Shown here: positions 54,675-62,054 of the stretch, piece after piece
Position numbering within the stretch: position 1 is the first letter of the stretch
Layout: every line of letters begins with the position of its first letter
Assembly (NCBI GenBank): GCA_963813235.1
Contig: CAWEYF010000012.1
Coordinates: 4,170 to 68,169, forward strand
Length of the DNA stretch: 64,000 bases
Reading direction: 5' to 3'
DNA from: Candidatus Aminicenantes bacterium
GTDB lineage: Bacteria; Acidobacteriota; Aminicenantia; Aminicenantales; Saccharicenantaceae
The notes under the pieces: generated by a model
What the model was told of the DNA's origin: nothing
The model's input: the letters and a program-made list of their open reading frames with translations, nothing else
Databases searched by the model: none
Position numbers and translations under genes: made by a program

Positions 54675-55781
54675 ATGAAGATAGCGCTGCTCTATAGCTC
54701 GAAGACGGGAATGGAAGCATCGCTCGGCAAGCGTCCCGGGAACGAAAAGCGGGACGAGGAGGACGAACCTCCACCCGACCTGCTTGCTGAATGCGACTCC
54801 GACGAGACCATCCAAGCCATTCAGCAAGTTCTCCAGGAGAGATACCAGGTCTTCCCGATCGAGGCCGACGACAAGGCCTACGCGCGTCTCAAGCGGCTGA
54901 GGCCGCACCTCGTCTTCAACTTCGCCGAGCGGGTCTTCGGCCCGAACCGGGAGTCCCACATCCCGACGATCTGCGAGATGCTGGAGATCCCCTACACGGG
55001 CTCCGACCCGCTGACGCTCGGCATCTGCCTCGACAAGTCACGGACCAAGGAGATCCTCTCCTACTACAGGATCCCGAACCCCGGGTTCTGGGTCGTGGGG
55101 TCCGCTGAGAGCCTGCCGCGGGACATCCGCCTCCCGGCCATCGTCAAGCCGATGTTCGAGGGGTCAAGCAAGGGCATCAAGGACAACGCTGTCGTCCGGA
55201 CGCCGGTCGAGCTCACCGAGCGCGTCGCCGAGGTCGTCCGGCTCTACGACGAGCCGGCCATCGTCGAGCGGTTCCTCGGCGGGCGCGAGTTCACGGTCGG
55301 CGTCCTGGGAAATCATCCGGACATCGAGGTCCTGCCGATCGTCGAGATCGACCACTCCCAGCTCCCGCCGGGGGCGACGCCGATCTATTCCTACGAGGCC
55401 AAGTGGATCTGGGACACGCCGGCCAAGCCGCTCGAGATCTTTCACTGCCCGGCCGACATCCCGGGGGAGCTCCGGCGCCGCATCGAGCACCTCGTGACGC
55501 GGACGGTTACGGTCCTCCGCATCCGCGACTGGTGTCGCATCGACGTCCGCTGCGACGACGCGGGCGTGCCCAACATCCTCGAGGTGAACCCGATCCCCGG
55601 CGCCCTCCCGAATCCCGAAGACAACTCCTGCCTGCCCAAGGCGGCCCGGACCGCCGGCTACACATATTCCGGCCTGATCCACCGCGTGGTGGACGAAGCC
55701 TGCGGTCGGTACGGACTGAAGCGGACGGCCGCGCGTCCGGCCGCCGCGGAGGCTTACGCCCAGGCCGAAATGAAACCATGA
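54675..55781 (+). CDS. ATP-grasp ligase, D-alanine--D-alanine ligase family
   Basis: 368-aa ORF. Motifs: LDKSRTKEIL, LPAIVKPMFEGSSKGI, ERFLGGREFTVGVLG, ILEVNPIPG. It has an acidic N-terminal insertion (NEKRDEEDEPPPD). Confidence 0.8.
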   Translation: MKIALLYSSKTGMEASLGKRPGNEKRDEEDEPPPDLLAECDSDETIQAIQQVLQERYQVFPIEADDKAYARLKRLRPHLVFNFAERVFGPNRESHIPTICEMLEIPYTGSDPLTLGICLDKSRTKEILSYYRIPNPGFWVVGSAESLPRDIRLPAIVKPMFEGSSKGIKDNAVVRTPVELTERVAEVVRLYDEPAIVERFLGGREFTVGVLGNHPDIEVLPIVEIDHSQLPPGATPIYSYEAKWIWDTPAKPLEIFHCPADIPGELRRRIEHLVTRTVTVLRIRDWCRIDVRCDDAGVPNILEVNPIPGALPNPEDNSCLPKAARTAGYTYSGLIHRVVDEACGRYGLKRTAARPAAAEAYAQAEMKP

Positions 55782-56815
55782 ACCGTCCCCTCCCGCGGGT
55801 GGGCATCGTCTTCAACGCTTACGAACCCCGGCCCGTCAATACCGGTGAGCGGCTGTCGGAAGAGTCCGTCGCGGAGATGGCCAACCAGGTCCATGCGGCC
55901 GTCAAATCGCTGGGCTACGATGTGACGCTCATCCCCCTCCAGCGGAGCCTCCTGAACTTCCTGGGCCGGATCAAGGAACTCGACCTGGACGTGCTCGTCA
56001 ACCTCTGCGAGGGGTTCTACGGGCGCCCGCAGTGGGAGTCCAACGTCGCGGGCGTTTTCGAGCTCCTCGGGATGGGCTTCACCGGCAGCGACTCCAAAAC
56101 CCTCGCCCTTTGCCAGGACAAGTTCAAGGCCAAGGCCATCCTATCCGCCCGCGGCCTGCCGACGGCTCCGAGCCAGCTCGTGACGGAACCCGGCCAAGCG
56201 CTGGCGATTCGCCTGCCGGTCATCGTCAAGCCGAACTCCGAGGACGCCAGCCTCGGCATCTATCCCGAGTCCGTCGTCCGCGACGCCGCGAGCTTCGCCG
56301 TCCAGACCCGCCGGGTCCTGGAAAGATACAATCAGCCGGCCCTCGCCGAGGCGTTCATCGACGGGCGCGAGTTCAACGTTTCGGTCTACGAGAACATGGT
56401 CCCCGAGGCCCTGCCGGTTTCGGAGCTCGATTATTCGGCGATGCCCGAGTCGACGCCGCGCATCTGCAGTTACGAGGCCAAGTGGTTCGAGGACCATGTC
56501 CTCTACAATGCCACGCCGCCGATCTGCCCGGCGCGGATCGACGACGTGCTTAGCACGAACCTCCAGGCCGCGGCCGTGGGCGCCTTCCAGGCCCTGGGCT
56601 GCCGGGATTACGCCCGCGTCGATTTCCGGATGGACGGGAAGGGCCGGCTCTTCATTCTCGAGATCAATCCCAACCCCGACATCAGCCTGAACGCCGGGTT
56701 CGCCCGGGCCCTCAAGGCCGCGAACGTGCCCTACGAAGCCTTCTGGAAAACGATGATCGGAAACGCCCTGAAACGTAAAGAGGCCCATGATACGCCCGAT
56801 GTCGCCGCCCGATAA
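55778..56815 (+). CDS. ATP-grasp ligase, D-alanine--D-alanine ligase family (second copy)
   Basis: 345-aa ORF. The ATG overlaps the upstream stop (ATGA). Motifs: CQDKFKAKAIL, LPVIVKPNSEDASLGI, EAFIDGREFNVSVY, FILEINPNPD. Confidence 0.8.
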   Translation: MNRPLPRVGIVFNAYEPRPVNTGERLSEESVAEMANQVHAAVKSLGYDVTLIPLQRSLLNFLGRIKELDLDVLVNLCEGFYGRPQWESNVAGVFELLGMGFTGSDSKTLALCQDKFKAKAILSARGLPTAPSQLVTEPGQALAIRLPVIVKPNSEDASLGIYPESVVRDAASFAVQTRRVLERYNQPALAEAFIDGREFNVSVYENMVPEALPVSELDYSAMPESTPRICSYEAKWFEDHVLYNATPPICPARIDDVLSTNLQAAAVGAFQALGCRDYARVDFRMDGKGRLFILEINPNPDISLNAGFARALKAANVPYEAFWKTMIGNALKRKEAHDTPDVAAR

Positions 56816-57260
56816 GCCGGCCGTGATGGCGATCATCCGGGAAACGGACATGTTTACCCCCGCCGAGGTCGTCGTGGCCGAGGAGCTCATCGACGCCTAT
56901 CTCGAAACGTCCGACCAGAAGGACTACGACGTCGTCGTGTCCGAAAACGCGGGGGGCGGCGTCGTTGGATACATGACGTGGGGCCCGACCCCGCTCGCCG
57001 AGAACGTTTACGACCTCTACTGGATGGCCGTGTCTCCCCACGAGCAGGGCCGGGGCCGCGGCAAGGAGCTCGTCGCGTGGCTCGAAGACAAGGTCCGCGC
57101 CCTGGGCGGCCGGATGATCATCATCGAGACGGCCAGCCAGCCCAAGTACCATCCGACGCGGGAGTTCTACCTGCGGCTGGGATATAAGGAAGTCGCCCGC
57201 GTCCCCGATTACTACAAGCCCGGCGACGACCGTATCATCTATACCAAGCGCGTCGGATAA
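56787..57260 (+). CDS. GNAT-family N-acetyltransferase
   Basis: 157-aa ORF. WMAVSPHEQGRGRGKELV is the Q/RxxGxG acetyl-CoA motif. It overlaps the upstream gene by 29 nt. Confidence 0.8.
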   Translation: MIRPMSPPDKPAVMAIIRETDMFTPAEVVVAEELIDAYLETSDQKDYDVVVSENAGGGVVGYMTWGPTPLAENVYDLYWMAVSPHEQGRGRGKELVAWLEDKVRALGGRMIIIETASQPKYHPTREFYLRLGYKEVARVPDYYKPGDDRIIYTKRVG

Positions 57261-57265
57261 GAATA

Positions 57266-57321
57266 CCTCCTTTGAAGGAACTTGTGTGCGGCGATGAGGG
57301 CCGCCCTTCTCCCCCCCCCGG
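57266..57321 (+). repeat. Truncated 5' part of the structured repeat family
   Basis: CCTCCTTTGAAGGAACTTGTGTGCGGCGATGAGGGCCGCCCTTCTCCCCCCCCC. This parallels CGTCTTCGAAGGACTCTGCGTGCGGCGATAAGGGCCGCCCCCTTCCCCCC at 34737-34785 and lacks the 3' half. Confidence 0.45.
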
Positions 57322-57341
57322 CCCACATCAATGATTTAAGC

Positions 57342-59552
57342 TCAAATTGCCGAAAGGTATTCGCTGAGGCCGGTCTTCTTAAGGAGGCCCAAGGCCTCGT
57401 CGTTCGCGAGGCCGCGCTTTTGTTTGAACGACTCGAGGATCCTGACGATGGACAGGCCCACCTCGGCGGTCTGCCCGGCCATGTTCGGGCGGCTCTTGAC
57501 GTAAGCGATGGAATCGTAGAGGACGGCGTTGGCCTCGCCGTAGGTGATCGGGTTCCGCCGCCCGTTGGCGCGGACCCAGCCGGGCCGGCTCAGGGCATCG
57601 TTGACATGCGACTGGATGAGGAAGGTCGCCCGGCCGATGAGCTTGAGGTTGCTCGGGCTGACATTGGTCATCGTATTGCCGACGACCTTGCCCAGTTTGG
57701 CCATGATCGCCGTCGAATGGGCGTTGAGGAGCATCTTGACCCCGACCTGCGCTTTCAGCCCGAACGGATCGTTCGCGGCGCTGATTCTCAGGGGGACGAC
57801 GCGCGGGGCGGGGGTGTTCCCTGCCGCTGTCTTGCGAAGCGACCCCTCGATCGCGGCGACTTGATTTTCGGAGAGGTCCGTTGCCAGCACCAGGAACGTC
57901 GCGGCGCCGCTCGAGGCTGAAAGATCCACAAAACGCCTGAGATAGGAATCGGGCGTGTCGAGCCCGGCCGCTTCCCCTCCGAGGGCGACCGCGACGCCAA
58001 CGTCCCCGGCGGCGGGGCCCCGGTCCTTCAGGTTCCGGCTCGAGAACGAAAGGTCGTAGAGGTCCGCCTGGTCGTTCCCGGCCTTCTTCAAGCTTTCCAG
58101 GGCCGCCGTCCGCAGGTAGGGATCGCCGATCTTCTCCTCGAAAGGCTTGCGGTAGAATTCCGGGTCGAGCCCGCGGAACGGGCGTCCGAGGAAGGCGAGC
58201 CAAGCGGACCGCGGGTCGGACGCTTCCGCCCAGACCTGGATCCAACATTTCCGCTTCGGCTCCCGGACCGTGTCCAGCGGGAGGAGGCGGAACGTCGGGC
58301 TCCGCTCCGTGGCGTCGGTGAAGACCGTCACGAGCCCTTCCCCGGCGAAGTAGGTCGAGAAGCGGCCGGCCGTATAGGCGGCGGACTCGGCGTCCGTGAA
58401 CGGAACGATCGCCGGGACGGCGTCCTTGACCGAGTCGAGGACGCGCCGGAAGCTCCGGAGGACGGTCGCGAGGTCCCATGCGCCTTCGAACCCGATACGG
58501 CCGAGCTCTTTCGCCGACAGGGTGCGCCCGAGCGCCCTCCGGACCGCGGTCTCGAGCACGGCCCCGACGACGTATGTCTCGCTCGTCGTGGCCTGCATCC
58601 GGGTCGAGCCGGTGATCGACTGCGGCCCCGTGGTCAGGTTGATGCGGGTGATCCCCGGCTCCTCGATGACCCGGCGACTGCGGGTGAACGGGAGGAGCTT
58701 CTCGTCGGGGTTGTTATAGACGAAGTAGAGGCTCTTGCGGCTCTCGGCGGGGTCGTAGCCGGGGGCGGCCTTCCACTGGTCGAGGGCCGCGAGAACGGTA
58801 CCGATGACCGACGACGTTTCGCCGCCCTCGGTGACGCAGATGACGACGTCGCTCTTGCGGACGCCCCGGTCTTCGAGCTGGAGCCGGCCGATGAGCAGGA
58901 GATCCTCGAATCCCTCGAGCGAGGAGATGAGGGCCCGGTCGGCGCCGGTCATCTCGCCGATGAGACGATCCTCGATGTCCGCGCCGACCGACGGCGCGAG
59001 CTTCTTCCAGAGCTTGTCGTCGGTCTTGACCTTCCGCCAGAAGGGCCGCCAGAAGGCGCTCTCCATTTGCTTGGCAAGGCGTCCGGTGGCCCCACAGCCG
59101 TAGACGTAGACCTTCCGGCCCGAGAGGACGGCTGCCTCGACCGCCGCCGCGGCCGCCTCGAGCGCCCGCGTGTCCCCGGCCAGGGCGTCGAGCCGCGCGG
59201 CGACGTCCTCGTCCACCGAGAAGAGCATCCGGAGGCCGGCGGCCGTGTCCTTCCGGACTCGCTCGCCGAGGTTCCAGGTCTTGGGATGCCGCTGTTCGGT
59301 AAGCAGGGTGTGCAGCTGGAACTGCGTCTTGTTCTGGACATAATCGATGGACTCCGGCGAAGCCTGGAGGCCCAGGAGCTTCAGGAGCCCCATCTCGCCT
59401 TCCTGCGGCGCCGGGCCGACTTCCTGGCGGGCGTCCTGGGACGTGGGCGCCGAAAGAAGCGGAGACGTCGAGAGCAGGACGGCGGAGGCCGTGATCAGCG
59501 CGAACAATGCCGCAAGCGCCCGATCGGATTTTGCGTAGGCCATGAGCTTCAC
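57342..59552 (-). CDS. Exported double-SIS protein (MurQ etherase / GCKR-like family)
   Basis: 736-aa ORF with an N-terminal signal-like segment (ALAALFALITASAVLLSTSPLLSA). LLTEQRHPKTWNL...MLFSVDEDVAARL...GRKVYVYGCGATGRLAKQMES parallels MurQ motifs (L.TE.RN..T..LD, ED..V, GGR.IY.GAGTSGRLG). Confidence 0.6.
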   Translation of the reverse strand: MKLMAYAKSDRALAALFALITASAVLLSTSPLLSAPTSQDARQEVGPAPQEGEMGLLKLLGLQASPESIDYVQNKTQFQLHTLLTEQRHPKTWNLGERVRKDTAAGLRMLFSVDEDVAARLDALAGDTRALEAAAAAVEAAVLSGRKVYVYGCGATGRLAKQMESAFWRPFWRKVKTDDKLWKKLAPSVGADIEDRLIGEMTGADRALISSLEGFEDLLLIGRLQLEDRGVRKSDVVICVTEGGETSSVIGTVLAALDQWKAAPGYDPAESRKSLYFVYNNPDEKLLPFTRSRRVIEEPGITRINLTTGPQSITGSTRMQATTSETYVVGAVLETAVRRALGRTLSAKELGRIGFEGAWDLATVLRSFRRVLDSVKDAVPAIVPFTDAESAAYTAGRFSTYFAGEGLVTVFTDATERSPTFRLLPLDTVREPKRKCWIQVWAEASDPRSAWLAFLGRPFRGLDPEFYRKPFEEKIGDPYLRTAALESLKKAGNDQADLYDLSFSSRNLKDRGPAAGDVGVAVALGGEAAGLDTPDSYLRRFVDLSASSGAATFLVLATDLSENQVAAIEGSLRKTAAGNTPAPRVVPLRISAANDPFGLKAQVGVKMLLNAHSTAIMAKLGKVVGNTMTNVSPSNLKLIGRATFLIQSHVNDALSRPGWVRANGRRNPITYGEANAVLYDSIAYVKSRPNMAGQTAEVGLSIVRILESFKQKRGLANDEALGLLKKTGLSEYLSAI

Positions 59553-59577
59553 CTCAAGCCTCAGCCGGCGGCCGAGG

Positions 59578-60102
59578 TCAAATCCCGTTCTTCTTCCCGT
59601 ACTGGTGCGTGTCGTCGACGATGTCCGACTCCTTCCAATCCTTGATCCACCCCTCGATGGGGAAGACCTTCGGCGTCCCGGACTCGGTCGAACAGACGAC
59701 GCGGCGGAGGCCCGCGTTGATGATCATCTTCTTGCAGATGAAGCAGGGGAAGGCGTCGATGGGCTTGGCCGACATGGGGTCGCTCCCGAAGAGATACATG
59801 TCGCCGTTGAGGAGGCTGACGCCCGCGCGGGCGGCGTTGATGATGGCGTTCTGCTCGGCGTGGACGCTCCGGCAGAGCTCATAGCGCTGGCCGTGGGGGA
59901 TGCCGAGCCGGTCCCGGAGGCAGAAGCCGTGGGTCAGGCTGTCCTTGGTCTTCCGGGGGGCGCCGGCGTAGCCCGTCGAGACGATCTGGTCGTCGCGGAC
60001 GATAATGGCCCCGAAGGCGCGCCGGAAGCAGGTGCTCCTCTTCGAAACCTCGCCGGCGATGCCGAGATAGTAATCGTCCTTGGACACGCGCGCGCTGGTC
60101 AT
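59578..60102 (-). CDS. dCMP deaminase (cytidine/deoxycytidylate deaminase family)
   Basis: Start MTSARVSKDDYYL at 60102. Motifs: HAEQNAI and PCFICKKMI (zinc ligands). Confidence 0.85.
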   Translation of the reverse strand: MTSARVSKDDYYLGIAGEVSKRSTCFRRAFGAIIVRDDQIVSTGYAGAPRKTKDSLTHGFCLRDRLGIPHGQRYELCRSVHAEQNAIINAARAGVSLLNGDMYLFGSDPMSAKPIDAFPCFICKKMIINAGLRRVVCSTESGTPKVFPIEGWIKDWKESDIVDDTHQYGKKNGI

Positions 60103-60644
60103 AGGCACTCCTCCACTTTCCGCCGGAGATCTTCGAGCGTTCCGTCGTTCACGACGCGCCGGTCGGCGACGGCCATGCACAGGGCGAGCCGCTGGCCGGT
60201 CTCGTTCCCGGCCATTTCGCTCTCTTCCTTCACCCGGAATTCCTCGAGGGTGTCCGCGGACTCGTCCCGGCCCCGGGCCTTCGCCCGGGCGAACCGGATC
60301 TCGATCGGGGCATCGATGGAGATGAGGACGAATCCCTCCTGCCGCCTCAGGAATTCCAATTCGCCGGGGTTCCGGATGCTGTCGATGACGGACGGCCCCC
60401 GGACCTTGTCCATCGTCCGGCGGGCGAGGACGTCCGAGCCGAAGCGGCCGCGGAGCTCGTTGCCGACCGCGATGAGATTGTCCCGGCTCGCCGGGAGGCC
60501 CCGGGCGGCGAGTTCCTCCCGGAGGACGTCCGAAAGGGAAAGGTACGCGTAACCCCGCGTCCCGAGGAAGGCCGCGGCCTCGCCTTTGCCGGCGCTGTTG
60601 GTTCCCGTCAGCCCGATGAGGGCCGGTTTGGCGCGATGTCCCAT
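60099..60644 (-). CDS. P-loop nucleotide kinase-like protein (dephospho-CoA kinase / dNMP kinase-like)
   Basis: 181-aa ORF with GLTGTNSAGKGEAAAFL (Walker A). Its stop overlaps the dCMP deaminase start (ATGA). Substrate is not inferable. Confidence 0.55.
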   Translation of the reverse strand: MGHRAKPALIGLTGTNSAGKGEAAAFLGTRGYAYLSLSDVLREELAARGLPASRDNLIAVGNELRGRFGSDVLARRTMDKVRGPSVIDSIRNPGELEFLRRQEGFVLISIDAPIEIRFARAKARGRDESADTLEEFRVKEESEMAGNETGQRLALCMAVADRRVVNDGTLEDLRRKVEECL

Positions 60645-60648
60645 GGTT

Positions 60649-61428
60649 CTAGCCCGCCGGGGTTTCCGCGTCCTTCTTCCGCCGCCGCTCCTTGTTCCGG
60701 CGCACGACGAGGGCGATCAGGATGCTGATCCCGTAGAGCCCGATCATCGGGACGGCTACGATGCTCTGGGTGATCGCGTCCGGCGTCGGCGTGATGACCG
60801 CGGCGATGATGAAGATGACGAGGACGGCGTACTTGAAGTTGCGGACCATCCAGCCGGCCGTGACGACGCCGATCTTGGACAGGAAATAGATGAGGGTCGG
60901 GAGCTCGAAGACGAGCCCGATGCCCAGCAGGACGCGGATGGCGAATGTGAAGTACTGGTCCACCGTGATGACAGGCTGGAAGTCGGAGCCGAGCTGGAGG
61001 AAAAAGCGGCAGGCCCAGGGAAAGACCATGAAATAGGCGAAGAGAATGCCGAGGACGAAGAAGACCGTCGTGAAAAAGACAAACGGGAAAACGTAACGCT
61101 TCTCCTTTTGGTAGAGGCCCGGGGCGACGAAGTACCAGATCTGGAGGAAGACGAACGGGGAGGTGAAAATGAGGGCGGCCAGGAAGGCGATCTTCATGTA
61201 AAGCATGAAGGGGGCGGTCAGATGGGTGAAGGCGAGCTTCGTCCCCGCGGGCAGGTATTGGGTCACCGGACGGGCGATGATCTTATAGAGGTCCTTGGCG
61301 AAGATCCAGCAGGGGATGACGGCGATGAACACTCCGATGAAGATGTTGAACAGTCTTTTCCTGAGATCTTCGAGATGCTCGAGGAAGGTCATCTCGTCAG
61401 GAGACTTTTTTTCCTTCCTCGGCGCCAT
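60649..61428 (-). CDS. tatC: Twin-arginine translocase subunit TatC
   Basis: Start MAPRKEKKSPDEMTFLEHLEDLRKRL at 61428. It has six TM segments and FLQIWYFVAPGLY and TPTPD motifs. The track ORF extension to 61725 is out of context. Confidence 0.9.
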   Translation of the reverse strand: MAPRKEKKSPDEMTFLEHLEDLRKRLFNIFIGVFIAVIPCWIFAKDLYKIIARPVTQYLPAGTKLAFTHLTAPFMLYMKIAFLAALIFTSPFVFLQIWYFVAPGLYQKEKRYVFPFVFFTTVFFVLGILFAYFMVFPWACRFFLQLGSDFQPVITVDQYFTFAIRVLLGIGLVFELPTLIYFLSKIGVVTAGWMVRNFKYAVLVIFIIAAVITPTPDAITQSIVAVPMIGLYGISILIALVVRRNKERRRKKDAETPAG

Positions 61429-61717
61429 CTTTGGGGGGGTCCTTTTTCTCTGGGTCCTTGAGAATTTCGTTCTTGAAGCCCGTGACCTCGTCCTTGATGC
61501 CGGAGAGGCCGTCCCGGAGGTCCTGGGCGGCGTCCTTGATCTCGGAGGCCTGGATCTCGTCCTCGATCCGGCCCTTGATCTCCTCGGAGGTCCGCTTGAA
61601 CTCGCGGATGGCCTTGCCGACGGACTTTCCGATCTCGGGGAGTTTCTTCGGCCCGAAGACCAGGAGGGCGACGATGAAGATGAGAACGAGCTCCGCGGGC
61701 CCAATGCTTCCGAACAT
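61397..61717 (-). CDS. tatA: Twin-arginine translocase subunit TatA/E
   Basis: MFGSIGPAELVLIFIVALLVFGPKKLPEIGKSVGKAIREFK is the canonical TatA N-terminus. It overlaps tatC by 32 nt. Confidence 0.85.
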   Translation of the reverse strand: MFGSIGPAELVLIFIVALLVFGPKKLPEIGKSVGKAIREFKRTSEEIKGRIEDEIQASEIKDAAQDLRDGLSGIKDEVTGFKNEILKDPEKKDPPKDGAEEGKKVS

Positions 61718-61754
61718 ACGCTCAATATAGACGGTCGAGCGGGCTAAGTCAATA

Positions 61755-61960
61755 AATCCCCCCGGCCCCCCCTTTAGCAAAGGGGGGAAGACCAAATCCC
61801 CCCAACCCCCCTTTAGGAAAGGGGGGAATCTATAGAGCCGGGCCTCGCATAGTTACCCCCCCCCATAGACCCGGGCCCGGCTTGGGTTACCCCCCTTTGA
61901 AAAAGGGGGGCGAGGGGGGATTTGCCGAGTCTCCACAGATCCTCCTTCAGGAAAGGGGGG
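61755..61960. repeat. Array of C6/G6-tract hairpins (CCCCCCTTT-N1-3-AAAGGGGGG) with AAATCCCCCC flanks
   Basis: Hairpins lie at 61766-61787, 61806-61826 and 61890-61910, with a degenerate one at 61941-61960. There is a C9 run at 61856-61864. AAATCCCCCC occurs at 61755 and 61794, and its complement GGGGGGATTT at 61914. The array occupies the divergent spacer between tatA and the S41 protease. Confidence 0.7.
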
Positions 61961-62054
61961 CATTATTGCTTTGCTATCACACAGTAAATTCCCGTCCGTT
62001 TACAACCTTTCCGCCTTTTGATAAGATGACATGTGGTATCGAAAGCCTAAAGCC

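Noticed and set aside
61755-61960. A CRISPR array; the 53718-53858 repeats were also considered.
   Set aside because: The repeats are short hairpins with variable spacing and no unique spacers of constant length. No cas genes lie in the window.
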